Shown here: positions 45,921-55,235 of the stretch, in pieces
How positions within the stretch are numbered: the stretch's first letter is position 1
Layout: every line of letters starts with the position of its first letter
Source of the DNA: a virus
IMG/VR virus record: IMGVR_UViG_3300025108_000016
Length of the DNA: 64,000 nt
Strand: one strand, 5' to 3'
The notes under the pieces: model-generated
Databases searched by the model: none
Told to the model about the DNA's origin: nothing
Seen by the model: only the letters and a program-made list of their open reading frames with translations
Translations under genes and position numbers: made by a program

Positions 45921-45968
45921 GAATGGGGGAAATTTTTTCCCCCATTTTTTTGTCTAAAAAAGTCGATC
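45921..45968 (+). repeat. A/T-tract element copy 1 (degenerate; also a bidirectional terminator)
   Basis: ATGGGGGAAA..TTTCCCCCAT hairpin; ends AAAAAAGTCGA like the copies at 53031 and 60650. Confidence 0.55.
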
Positions 45969-46626
45969 AAACTCCAGTCTTTTTAAGTCTGCTGCTAATA
46001 GTATCAGTAGAGTCGTTATACTTATTTGCTTTACGAAAACTAGTAATAAAATCTTCAACGTATCTTGGTTTCAATATTGAGATAGTTTTTTTACTTTCGT
46101 TTACCTCTTCTTCATACTCATATATTGTCACAGAGGTTGATAATACATTACCTGATCTAGTGATCACACTTTGTGTACCAGAGTCATAGAATTTATGAGA
46201 CCCACTATAGAATGCTTCGTCAACAATTAATCCTGCATTTTGTATTACAATACCAGCAGAATCTTTTACTTCAAAAGTTTTATAGTGTTTAATTGTTCCA
46301 TAGGGATCATCATATTTCCCTTCCATAATTTTTCTAAAAGTATAAGAATCTTGTGGCCAATCAAACAATGGATTGAATGTATTGTTAGTCAATAACACAA
46401 TCCAATCTTTGTTTGGATCACCATACACTAAGTTTGCAACCTGCCATGGTTTTTCAAAGTCACTTACTTGATATTTTCTAAAAAATACTGCATACTTTTC
46501 AAACTCTTCGCCAAGTTTAAACCTACGAAAGAAATTTTTCGCTACAACAAAATCAGATTCCGAAAAAGGATAACTGATTGGTTTCTGATCGTATTTAATA
46601 TCTGGTAAGTAATTAAAGTATGGCAT
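45967..46626 (-). CDS. gp53: Baseplate wedge subunit gp53
   Basis: YFNYLPDI; YGDP..WIVLLTN; DWP; YEYEEEVNE.K. Confidence 0.88.
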   Translation of the reverse strand: MPYFNYLPDIKYDQKPISYPFSESDFVVAKNFFRRFKLGEEFEKYAVFFRKYQVSDFEKPWQVANLVYGDPNKDWIVLLTNNTFNPLFDWPQDSYTFRKIMEGKYDDPYGTIKHYKTFEVKDSAGIVIQNAGLIVDEAFYSGSHKFYDSGTQSVITRSGNVLSTSVTIYEYEEEVNESKKTISILKPRYVEDFITSFRKANKYNDSTDTISSRLKKTGV

Positions 46627-47642
46627 TAGAAGCTTCCATCCTCTCCGTAAGAAATCTCATTACTATAAACAAGTTTGCTCTCTTTAAAACTCAGTCCAAG
46701 TGACGTGGCAACAGGAGAACCATCAGTATATGTAGAATACTGACCATCAGGTGTGTATCCAATTGCTACAGACGATATAGCACATGGTTTATATTGAGTA
46801 AGGAATGGATGTACTTTCCCCCCTTTCATGAAACTAACGATGCACATATTGGGGATACCAATAAAGTTGCTGTTGTTGTCTGGAGCTGCTTCACCATCTG
46901 CAGCTTCTCCTTTCATCCAATTGTTAATTGTATTTCCTGGACTAGAACCTAGCCTAGGAAGGGATGCTCTTTTAAATGTAGTACAAATATCACGAACATG
47001 TTTTGCTTCCGTTGCATCTCTTGGAGACATCTTAAATGAAAGATTAAAATTTCTCAGTTCAAATCCAGTGAACATTAATTCTGCATTGGGGTTAAGAATA
47101 ACGCCACCAATACCACCTAGTACATCATTCAAATCAACCGATCCACCAATCTTACCAGGCAAAGCATTCATTGCTTGTGCAAGACCATCAGCAACTAGTG
47201 CTGGACCACGTTGCATCATGTTACCAAATCCCTGAGCAAGTGTTCCAGCAGCTGTTACTGCATTATCAGCATTCACCGCTGCACCCGCTTTTCTCATCAT
47301 ACCAGCACCAGTATTGGTGAAACCTTTACCACCCCATTCAGCACCATACTCTGTCTGAATATCCTCAGGCATATACATGAAAATATCTGGCAGACCTGCT
47401 GAGATGAACTGCGTAAGACTATTGTTGTATATGTTTAATGATTCATCGCCTTTTTGTTTGTTACCATCTATACCTACGTAGTTACCACCATCTATATTTG
47501 CAAAAGGTGGTTTGTATTGAACAAACTGAAATTTTACATAGTCTGTGTGCGACTCGTAGACTTTATCTTGTGGATAGGAAAGTCGTTTTGCATTGACAGG
47601 TTTTGATGACCTATTACCTATAAGATTGAATTTTATAGTCAT
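46626..47642 (-). CDS. gp48: Baseplate tail-tube cap gp48
   Basis: MYMPEDI; NPNAELMFTG..RNFNLSFKMSPR; LSFKE. Confidence 0.82.
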   Translation of the reverse strand: MTIKFNLIGNRSSKPVNAKRLSYPQDKVYESHTDYVKFQFVQYKPPFANIDGGNYVGIDGNKQKGDESLNIYNNSLTQFISAGLPDIFMYMPEDIQTEYGAEWGGKGFTNTGAGMMRKAGAAVNADNAVTAAGTLAQGFGNMMQRGPALVADGLAQAMNALPGKIGGSVDLNDVLGGIGGVILNPNAELMFTGFELRNFNLSFKMSPRDATEAKHVRDICTTFKRASLPRLGSSPGNTINNWMKGEAADGEAAPDNNSNFIGIPNMCIVSFMKGGKVHPFLTQYKPCAISSVAIGYTPDGQYSTYTDGSPVATSLGLSFKESKLVYSNEISYGEDGSF

Positions 47643-48274
47643 TAGTAACTCTTTACTACGTGTCGTCCTTTAATTTTATCATAATAGGATTCACTAGTTT
47701 CTTCCCAAACTAATTCTTTATCATACGGGAAGGCGGTAGAACCAATATTTTTAACGAAGTCTTCAGTTGGTAGAAGGATAGCAGTATCCCATTCTGTTTT
47801 GCTTAGATCAAGCAAAAAACCATCTACATGATTCTGCAAGTATTTATGGAAGCATTTTTTAGGAATGTCTATTCTTCCTTCCATTAACTTTTGTACTACC
47901 AAAATTCTTTTCTTTGGGTTCATGTAGTGGAGGTTTGCTCCAAAAAATTCAGATGGTCCTGACTTAATAACATAGACAAGAGGATTCTTATCATAGTATG
48001 GTAGGTGTTTCATCTTTGCTTTGTATTCAAACATGTAGAGGTGTCCCTCTTTTGTATACCTACGAAGAGTGTTCTCATCTTCATTAGATGCTAGTTCATC
48101 TCTCACATACTTATCTAAATTCTTCCCATAAGATGAAGCAACTTGCTTGACAGTAGACTTGTACCAACTGAGAGATTTCTTCTCTCCGCCTGCCATGTTA
48201 CTAATTTTTTCAAACAATGTGTTTGATTTGTTGTACGTTTTGGTACGTTGGATTGACTTAAATCCTTGTGCCAT
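47642..48274 (-). CDS. gp2: DNA end protector gp2
   Basis: LPYYDKNPLV; GANLHY; FHKYL. Confidence 0.85.
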   Translation of the reverse strand: MAQGFKSIQRTKTYNKSNTLFEKISNMAGGEKKSLSWYKSTVKQVASSYGKNLDKYVRDELASNEDENTLRRYTKEGHLYMFEYKAKMKHLPYYDKNPLVYVIKSGPSEFFGANLHYMNPKKRILVVQKLMEGRIDIPKKCFHKYLQNHVDGFLLDLSKTEWDTAILLPTEDFVKNIGSTAFPYDKELVWEETSESYYDKIKGRHVVKSY

Positions 48275-48275
48275 T

Positions 48276-48713
48276 TTAGACTCCTAAGTGATCTTCGGTG
48301 AGGATTAAAAATTTCATCTGCCTGTCCTCACAGAAGTCCTCAGCTGCAGACCACTTAGCGCGGTTCTTAGCGTAAGTTAGAACTTCTCTTCTCCAAGAGG
48401 CAGTCTTACGTTTCGGTTTCTCATTCGGTGCTTGTGTTTGTTTTTTTGGTTTAACTTCGATCAGATATTTACTGACCATGCCTGACTTAGATACAACTTT
48501 AATGTAGAAGTCAGGGTAGTAGCGGTGGACTCGTCCGTCTGTTGGACAACGATAAGGAATGATTACTTCCTCGCTACCCCATTGTACGATGCTTTTATTG
48601 TGATCACAAAAGTGCATGAATTTTCTCTCCCACAAGGAACGAAAGACTATCCTCGTAGGATTGCCTTTATACTTTTGTGGGTTCACAGGTTTATAAACAC
48701 CTGAGTACGCCAT
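48276..48713 (-). CDS. gp4: Head completion nuclease gp4
   Basis: KYKGNP..RSLWE; HRYYPDF; IEVKP. Confidence 0.92.
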   Translation of the reverse strand: MAYSGVYKPVNPQKYKGNPTRIVFRSLWERKFMHFCDHNKSIVQWGSEEVIIPYRCPTDGRVHRYYPDFYIKVVSKSGMVSKYLIEVKPKKQTQAPNEKPKRKTASWRREVLTYAKNRAKWSAAEDFCEDRQMKFLILTEDHLGV

Positions 48714-48746
48714 AAATATAGATATAAACCACCATCTTTATTTAGC

Positions 48747-49484
48747 GTGTCAGTACAAAACTTTATGGATCTTATCGTTAAAAGCGGTGGTCTATCTTAT
48801 AGTAATACTTATGATATAGAATGGGTCTTTCCTGAAGGATCTTTGCTGGCGGCAAATCTAACAAAAGTAGGAATTCAAACTACTGGAGGAGATAAAGGAG
48901 GAACTTTAGCAAACTATAGAGGTGATGTTGTAAAATTATTTTGCGATGAAGCTCAACTACCTAATGTGTCTGCCTCTACTGGACAGACCACTGGCAAATT
49001 TCTTGGTGAGGGTCAAGTAAACTACCCACACACTAGAATTTTTACAGACTTTTCGTTGGGGTGGATCTGTGATGCAGATATGACTCCACTTAAATTCTTG
49101 AACGTGTGGTATAATACCATCTTCAATGAATATATTGGCGATGAAGAGGACATTGTTCCTATCGATAGTCTAACTAATAATTCATTATCACAAGTAAAAA
49201 ATGAAGCTAGTTCTTCTGCTGATAAAATTTCTCCAGATAGATCTGTTAGATTATCTTATCCATCACAATATCAAGCAACTTGTATAATAACTAAAGCAGA
49301 GAAAGGAAAGAATGCCTCTAATTCTAGGGCATCTATTTCGTATACCATGTTACAATGTTTTCCTTATTCTATTGATGCTATTCCAATGTCTGCTGGTACA
49401 TCACAGGCAACAAAGGTAACAGCAAACTTTTATTATTCCAAACACTCTATTACCTACAACAATATTTCGTCTTATCGAGGTTAA
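48747..49484 (+). CDS. Tail-tube (gp19/gp54-like) protein
   Basis: LFCDEAQLP; FPYSIDAIPM; position between gp4 and gp26. Confidence 0.7.
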   Translation: MSVQNFMDLIVKSGGLSYSNTYDIEWVFPEGSLLAANLTKVGIQTTGGDKGGTLANYRGDVVKLFCDEAQLPNVSASTGQTTGKFLGEGQVNYPHTRIFTDFSLGWICDADMTPLKFLNVWYNTIFNEYIGDEEDIVPIDSLTNNSLSQVKNEASSSADKISPDRSVRLSYPSQYQATCIITKAEKGKNASNSRASISYTMLQCFPYSIDAIPMSAGTSQATKVTANFYYSKHSITYNNISSYRG

Positions 49485-49489
49485 TTATT

Positions 49490-50206
49490 ATGGCATTACC
49501 ATCTATTGCTACTCCAACTTATGAACTTGAGTTGCCATCCACCAAAAAGAAAATTAAGTACAGACCTTTTCTAGTTAAAGAGGAGAAAGTTTTACTACTC
49601 GCAACACAAAGTACTGAACCAAAAGAAGTACAAGATGCAGTAAGACAGATTACTAAATCTTGTGTGCTGTCTAGAATTAAATTAGAATCTTTAACATCAT
49701 TTGATTTAGAATATCTTTTCTTGAAGATTCGTGCAGCATCTGTTGGTGAAGATGTCCCAATGAAAATCACATGCTTGGATGATAACAAAACTAAAGTAGA
49801 TTATGTGGTTGACCTTTCAACAGTTAAAGTAGAAATTCCTGAAGGACATAGTAATAAAATTGAACTGACTGATAATGTTGGTATGATTATGAGATATCCT
49901 GGTATGGATGAGTTTGTTAACTATACTATGTTAGGACAAAATCCTGATGATCCTGATGAGATCTTTGGTGTCATTGCTAAATGTATTGATCAAATCTATG
50001 AAGGTGATGAAGTTTTTGATGACTCCACAACCACTGAAAAAGAAAAGGTACAATTTATCGAGAGTCTTACGCAGAAACAATTTGAACATGTTCAAAAATT
50101 CTTTAATACTATGCCTGTTCTTCGCCATAGATTTGAGATCACTAATCCGAATACTAAGGTCACATCTTCTTATACGTTGGAGGGTTTGCAATCTTTTTTC
50201 GGATAA
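49490..50206 (+). CDS. gp26: Baseplate hub assembly protein gp26
   Basis: MALP..YRPFLVKEEK; DLEYLFLKIRAASVGE; LEGLQSFFG. Confidence 0.9.
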   Translation: MALPSIATPTYELELPSTKKKIKYRPFLVKEEKVLLLATQSTEPKEVQDAVRQITKSCVLSRIKLESLTSFDLEYLFLKIRAASVGEDVPMKITCLDDNKTKVDYVVDLSTVKVEIPEGHSNKIELTDNVGMIMRYPGMDEFVNYTMLGQNPDDPDEIFGVIAKCIDQIYEGDEVFDDSTTTEKEKVQFIESLTQKQFEHVQKFFNTMPVLRHRFEITNPNTKVTSSYTLEGLQSFFG

Positions 50207-50208
50207 GC

Positions 50209-50385
50209 ATGTTCTACAATACACTAGAGAATTATTATAGAACTAACTTTGCTCTTATGCAGCATCATAAATACAGTTTGACTGAAATTGAACATATGAT
50301 GCCGTGGGAACGCACGGTATATGTGTCTTTGCTTAACCAATACATCAAAGAACAAGAAGAAAAGCAAAAACAACAAAATGCCTGA
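50209..50385 (+). CDS. gp51: Baseplate hub assembly catalyst gp51 (not in ORF track)
   Basis: YYRTNFALMQHHKYSLTEIEHMMPWER.VY. Confidence 0.85.
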   Translation: MFYNTLENYYRTNFALMQHHKYSLTEIEHMMPWERTVYVSLLNQYIKEQEEKQKQQNA

Positions 50386-52990
50386 GGTTAACCCACAAAA
50401 GCAAAAGCAACTTAGTGAACTCATCTCTCGCATGGAGAAGGGTTTTGATGAGAACATGCTTGATCCTTTGTTGGAATCCATTTACAATGATCCAGAAGAA
50501 GATGCTTTACCTAGTGAATCAAAGGTAAAGTATAAGAAGAAAAAATTTCAAGTAATTAAGGTTGCTCCTACCGCTCAAGGTGATAGTCTAGCAGGATTTC
50601 TTGGCGGTAAGGTTGGCGAATCTTTTAAAATGGCAGCGCAAGCACGTGCTGCTGATCCAAACAAAATTAAGAAAGATAAATTTCATTACCTAAAAAAAGC
50701 AGCAGCTTTTAATTTTGGTGGAGACTTAGTTAATAGAACCAAGGGAACGTTCTCTTCAGATCCTACTGATGTTCAAGACCCAGCACTAGGTAAGTCAGGT
50801 AGATTTTCTGCAGAAGTACAACCAGATTTTGAGATGCAGCAGGGACCACTACCTGCACCTGAAAATGATAATGATAATGGCATCGGAAAAGCATTTGCAA
50901 ATCTGGTAACAAAATTTGATGACTTAATTAAATCTAAAGATAATAAGCAGGAGCAACTAGAACTTTCATTAGACATTCAAGAAACTACAACAGAGAATGT
51001 CGAAAAACATATAAAAGAAAGCACGAAGATTAAAAAGAAAGCAATTGAAGTTCAAAAGAAATTCATTAGTCTTCAAGCAGATGAAAAAGATACTAAACAA
51101 GCAGAAGCAATTGAAAATGATAGTGAACAAATTGTTGATGCAGCAGACACAGAAGCAATAGACAACAAAAGACCTGATGAACCAGAAGAAGATAAAGAAG
51201 AAGATCAGGAACAGCCAAGTCTACTGGATCGCGGTCTTGATTTCTTTACAGGGTCTGATATTGCTGGAGACATTGGTGAAAGAGTTGCAGGTAGAGTCGG
51301 AAGACGTGGTGCAGGCAGAGCAGTCACAAGAACAGCAATAAAGTTAGGTGGTAGGAAACTTGCCAAGACTGCTGCAGTTAAAGCATCTCAAGCATTTATT
51401 AAGAAAGCAGCACTAGGTTTAATGCGACCACTTATTAAACGCATTCCGCTTATTGGTGGTCTGATTGACTTTGCGGTGTCACTTATGTTAGGTGAACCAC
51501 TTGGTAGAGCAGCAGCAAAAGCAGTTGGTGCTACACTTGGTGGAGCATTAGGCACACTAATTCCTGTCCCGTTTGCTGGAACCATTCTTGGTGGTTTCCT
51601 TGGTGACATGGTTGGTGGTGCTGTTTATGATGCACTTACTGGTGGTAGTGGGGGTGGTGAACCATCTAAAAAACCAGAAAGTAAAGAGGAACCACCAACA
51701 CCAGAAGAATCAGCAGAAGCGATCGAAGCACCATCAGAAACACCAGCACCACCAGAAAAATTGGCATCAGGTGGATATCTTGCAGGAGAAGCAGGTCCAG
51801 AATATAAATTTGATTTGTCATCGGAGAGTGGTAAGAAAGTTGTAAAAAATGTAGCTAATGTAGACAACTCTGCTCTGTCAGGTATACCATTTATTCTTGG
51901 TATTGTTGATAAGATTGTTGGTCAAGTTGGTGGCAGTGCGGTTAAACCATTCTTAGATCAAGAGATAGGACCACTTGCAAGATTGTTTGGTCTAGCAGAA
52001 TTTAATGTTCAGGGTATGGTTGGTAAAGGATTGGAAGCAATTCAATCTGTAGGTACAAAGTTTGATGTAAACATGGGTGGAAATGGTGATAAAAATGCAT
52101 CATCAGGAGAAACTATGGCAGGAGGACCATCATCTACTCCTGTTACAGGTATCCCATTGGGCGAAGGAGATACTGCCACTGGTCAGACTTTACATGCTGG
52201 TCTAGTACGTCGAGGATTTACTAGAGAAGAAGCAGCTGCTATTGTTGGTAATCTATGGGCAGAGTCTGGTTTTAGCACTGGTGCTCGGAATCCAACGTCA
52301 GGTGCATATGGTTTGATGCAATGGTTGGGTGGTCGTTACGATAAACTACTAGCATTTGCAGCAGAGAAAAACAAACCTGCTAGCGATTTAGAAGTACAAT
52401 TAGATTATATTGCATGGGAATTGAAAGGTGGCAATCAATATGAAAGTGCACAGTTCCAGAAAGCAATGGCATATGGTCCAACAATTGCAGATAAGACTAG
52501 AGGATTTGCATATGAAGTAGAGCGAGCAGGAGCAGGAGAATTACAAAGTTCTATGTCAAAGAGGGTTGGTGCTGCTCAGTCTGTAATGAATGCACCTGCT
52601 TCTGCTGATCCCATGAACCCTCCTCCTCCTCCGAGAACGGATACACCAGAAGAAGATGCAGAAGATAACGGGGGACATGATGCTAATAATCCTGGACCTT
52701 CAGACGCAAGACCCGCACCAGAAACATCACCACCAGATTCATCCGAAACTTTAGAACCTCCCGCACCAGTTCAAGTAATACCATTGCCAAAAAACTTGCA
52801 AGGTATGAAAGAACGAGGAGGTGGTAGGGTGACCTTCCAACCAATTATTATTCAAGGTCAGTCACAACCTGTTGGGTTTCAAAAAAATACATACCTTGAT
52901 TCCGAAAGTACTAGTAACTTCTTCTATGATAAAACTGGAAACAGAACTACACTTGAAAAACTAAAGCGTGCTAGGTTGCAAAGAAGTTGA
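50378..52990 (+). CDS. Tape-measure/hub-like protein with Phage_lysozyme2 domain
   Basis: Helical, Gly/Ala-rich; AAAIVGNLWAES..AYGLMQW..QLDYIAWEL. Confidence 0.75.
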   Translation: MPEVNPQKQKQLSELISRMEKGFDENMLDPLLESIYNDPEEDALPSESKVKYKKKKFQVIKVAPTAQGDSLAGFLGGKVGESFKMAAQARAADPNKIKKDKFHYLKKAAAFNFGGDLVNRTKGTFSSDPTDVQDPALGKSGRFSAEVQPDFEMQQGPLPAPENDNDNGIGKAFANLVTKFDDLIKSKDNKQEQLELSLDIQETTTENVEKHIKESTKIKKKAIEVQKKFISLQADEKDTKQAEAIENDSEQIVDAADTEAIDNKRPDEPEEDKEEDQEQPSLLDRGLDFFTGSDIAGDIGERVAGRVGRRGAGRAVTRTAIKLGGRKLAKTAAVKASQAFIKKAALGLMRPLIKRIPLIGGLIDFAVSLMLGEPLGRAAAKAVGATLGGALGTLIPVPFAGTILGGFLGDMVGGAVYDALTGGSGGGEPSKKPESKEEPPTPEESAEAIEAPSETPAPPEKLASGGYLAGEAGPEYKFDLSSESGKKVVKNVANVDNSALSGIPFILGIVDKIVGQVGGSAVKPFLDQEIGPLARLFGLAEFNVQGMVGKGLEAIQSVGTKFDVNMGGNGDKNASSGETMAGGPSSTPVTGIPLGEGDTATGQTLHAGLVRRGFTREEAAAIVGNLWAESGFSTGARNPTSGAYGLMQWLGGRYDKLLAFAAEKNKPASDLEVQLDYIAWELKGGNQYESAQFQKAMAYGPTIADKTRGFAYEVERAGAGELQSSMSKRVGAAQSVMNAPASADPMNPPPPPRTDTPEEDAEDNGGHDANNPGPSDARPAPETSPPDSSETLEPPAPVQVIPLPKNLQGMKERGGGRVTFQPIIIQGQSQPVGFQKNTYLDSESTSNFFYDKTGNRTTLEKLKRARLQRS

Positions 52991-53030
52991 TAAATACCTA
53001 AGGTATTCAAAATCGTAATCCTAGTTACCT

Positions 53031-53078
53031 AAATTCCGAAAAAAAATCTCCGTAAAAAAATAAGCAAAAAGGTCGAGC
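53031..53078 (+). repeat. 48-bp A-tract element copy 2
   Basis: 37/48 identical, ungapped, to 60650-60697. Confidence 0.75.
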
Positions 53079-55235
53079 ATGGGCGCAGGGACGGAAAGTT
53101 ATAAGAAACCAGAATATGGTAGTCTCGCTGGCGCAATGGGCGAGAAACTTGGTAGTGCCATTCAATTGGCAGCAGGAGCTAGGAAAAGACAGAACGATGA
53201 ATTACAAGAGTTAGAAGAATTAGGTGATAATAGAACTGACGAAGAAGAAGAACGTTATCAAGAATTAAAAGCTCAAAAAGAAGAACAAGGTAACGCTTTC
53301 TTCATGAAGAAGGCACTGGGCACTGAGTTTGGTGGAGATTTTAAAAGAAGAACCATGGGGTTCTTCCAAACAAATCCCGAAGAACAAAATGATCCAGCAC
53401 TAGACAAACAAAAAAGATTTGATGCTCTAGTAGCAGCACAACCTGCTAAAGTAGAAGGAGTTAAGCAGGGTGAACTTGATCTTTCTTCTGCTGGATATCA
53501 AGAACAAGGTGTTGTAGGTAAACTATCTGCAGATATAGCAGAAAAATTTGCCATTCTTAGTGCAAAGGTAGATCAGTTAAGAAAGAAGGAAGACGAGGAT
53601 AAAACTCCATCTGTAGTTGTAAAACTAGCAGAAAATATAAAGGGTGTTGGTACATTCTTTACTAAAAACAATCAAATTGAAGAGCAACAAACTAAGGTAG
53701 CAGAAGAGACTCTTGCTGAACAAATTAAAGCAAAAGATGCAGCAGAATCTTCTGCTATTGAAAATCGAGGAGAAGGTACATCAGATTCTGCTGGCACAAA
53801 TGCCATTGATAATCGTAGAAAGAAAGGTAAAAAGAAAAAGGGTCTTTTTGGTACAGCATTAGATTTTGGTCTAGGATTACTCTCAAAAAGAAGAGGTAGA
53901 AGGGGTGGTAGAAATAGAATGCCCCGTATGTCTAAGGGTAGACAATACAGCAATCCTATTGGACCTTTAGGCAGAGGATCTTCTCAACCATGGGCAAGAG
54001 CCCGTGGTGGCGCTGGAATGGGTGGATTCTCTCCTCGTATGCGATCTAGGGTGCTTCCTGGAAGAAAAGGATTGGCATCGGGTGGAGTACTAGCTAAAAA
54101 CCCAGAAAAACCACCAGAAAAACTTGCATCAGGTGGAGTCCTTGATAATCCAACTGCAGTTGGTGGTGCTAGTGATCAAGCAATCATTCCTAAAAATAAA
54201 TTAGAGAGTGCTGTCAAAACTGATCCTGAAAATGTAAAAAAATCATCTCCATTTGCTAAAGCATTACAACTGCCTACGATGGCAGCAGGTGCTATCATGA
54301 TGGGCACTGCGAGTAATGTAATCAACCACATGGGTGGTATCGGAAAAATTTTCCGTCCAGTAGTTCAGAAATTATTTGAACCTGCTGCAGCAGCATTTGG
54401 TATTCCTGGATCATTAGTTTCTGCATTCTTTGGTGGACCTGCTAACGCAAAGACCACTGATACCAAAGGTGGAGGTGGTAAAGGTAAATCATCAACACAA
54501 AATAGTTCTGCAAGTTCAACTACTGGCGGTGGAGCTACTGGATTCATGGCACCTGGAATGATATCTAATGGTGGATCTGTCGATGGATATAGAATCACAT
54601 CTCCTTTTGGTCCTCGCAATACTGGTATACCAGGTGCTTCTAGAAATCATCAGGGTGTTGACTATGGTGTTCCTCAGGGTACAGCAATCGCACTGAAGAA
54701 ACCAGGAAAAGTTATTGAAACTACTGTACCTGCAATGGGTAATCTGGGTGCAATATTTGTTAAGCATGATGATGGGACTAGATCTAGATATCTACACATG
54801 AGTAAAATTGCAGTTACTCCTGGTCAACTTGTTACCAGTGGAACTGTAATTGGTAAAACAGGTGGAGAACCAGGAACACCAGGTGCTGGTCCTACTAATG
54901 GCGCACACCTACACTTTGAATACTATCCATCTAGTACTGGTGGTCCTGTTGACGGATCTAGAGTTGCTTCATCGTACTTTACTGTAGGTGGAACTATTGA
55001 TCAAGGTGCTCCCGCAGCACCACCAGTTGCTGCTGATCCAGCAGCTGCCCCAGTAACACCAGCAGATGATACAACTGCTAGTGGAGACCCTATCATTCTT
55101 CCTGCCGTCACCGCACCAGACACTTCAAGATTACCTAAACCTCGTAATAGTGCTAAACCAATTAGTACATCACCAGTAACACCAGCGTATCCTACTGAGG
55201 ATGCAAACAATCCATACATGGGCCCCGCTTTCTAA
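53079..55235 (+). CDS. Tape-measure/hub-like paralog with M23 peptidase domain
   Basis: ITSPFGPR..HQGVD..YLHM..AHLHFE; N-terminus similar to the preceding gene. Confidence 0.78.
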   Translation: MGAGTESYKKPEYGSLAGAMGEKLGSAIQLAAGARKRQNDELQELEELGDNRTDEEEERYQELKAQKEEQGNAFFMKKALGTEFGGDFKRRTMGFFQTNPEEQNDPALDKQKRFDALVAAQPAKVEGVKQGELDLSSAGYQEQGVVGKLSADIAEKFAILSAKVDQLRKKEDEDKTPSVVVKLAENIKGVGTFFTKNNQIEEQQTKVAEETLAEQIKAKDAAESSAIENRGEGTSDSAGTNAIDNRRKKGKKKKGLFGTALDFGLGLLSKRRGRRGGRNRMPRMSKGRQYSNPIGPLGRGSSQPWARARGGAGMGGFSPRMRSRVLPGRKGLASGGVLAKNPEKPPEKLASGGVLDNPTAVGGASDQAIIPKNKLESAVKTDPENVKKSSPFAKALQLPTMAAGAIMMGTASNVINHMGGIGKIFRPVVQKLFEPAAAAFGIPGSLVSAFFGGPANAKTTDTKGGGGKGKSSTQNSSASSTTGGGATGFMAPGMISNGGSVDGYRITSPFGPRNTGIPGASRNHQGVDYGVPQGTAIALKKPGKVIETTVPAMGNLGAIFVKHDDGTRSRYLHMSKIAVTPGQLVTSGTVIGKTGGEPGTPGAGPTNGAHLHFEYYPSSTGGPVDGSRVASSYFTVGGTIDQGAPAAPPVAADPAAAPVTPADDTTASGDPIILPAVTAPDTSRLPKPRNSAKPISTSPVTPAYPTEDANNPYMGPAF

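Noticed and set aside
50321-50377. Track start of the 889-aa ORF
   Set aside because: It overlaps gp51 in another frame; ATG 50378 near the gp51 stop is more plausible.
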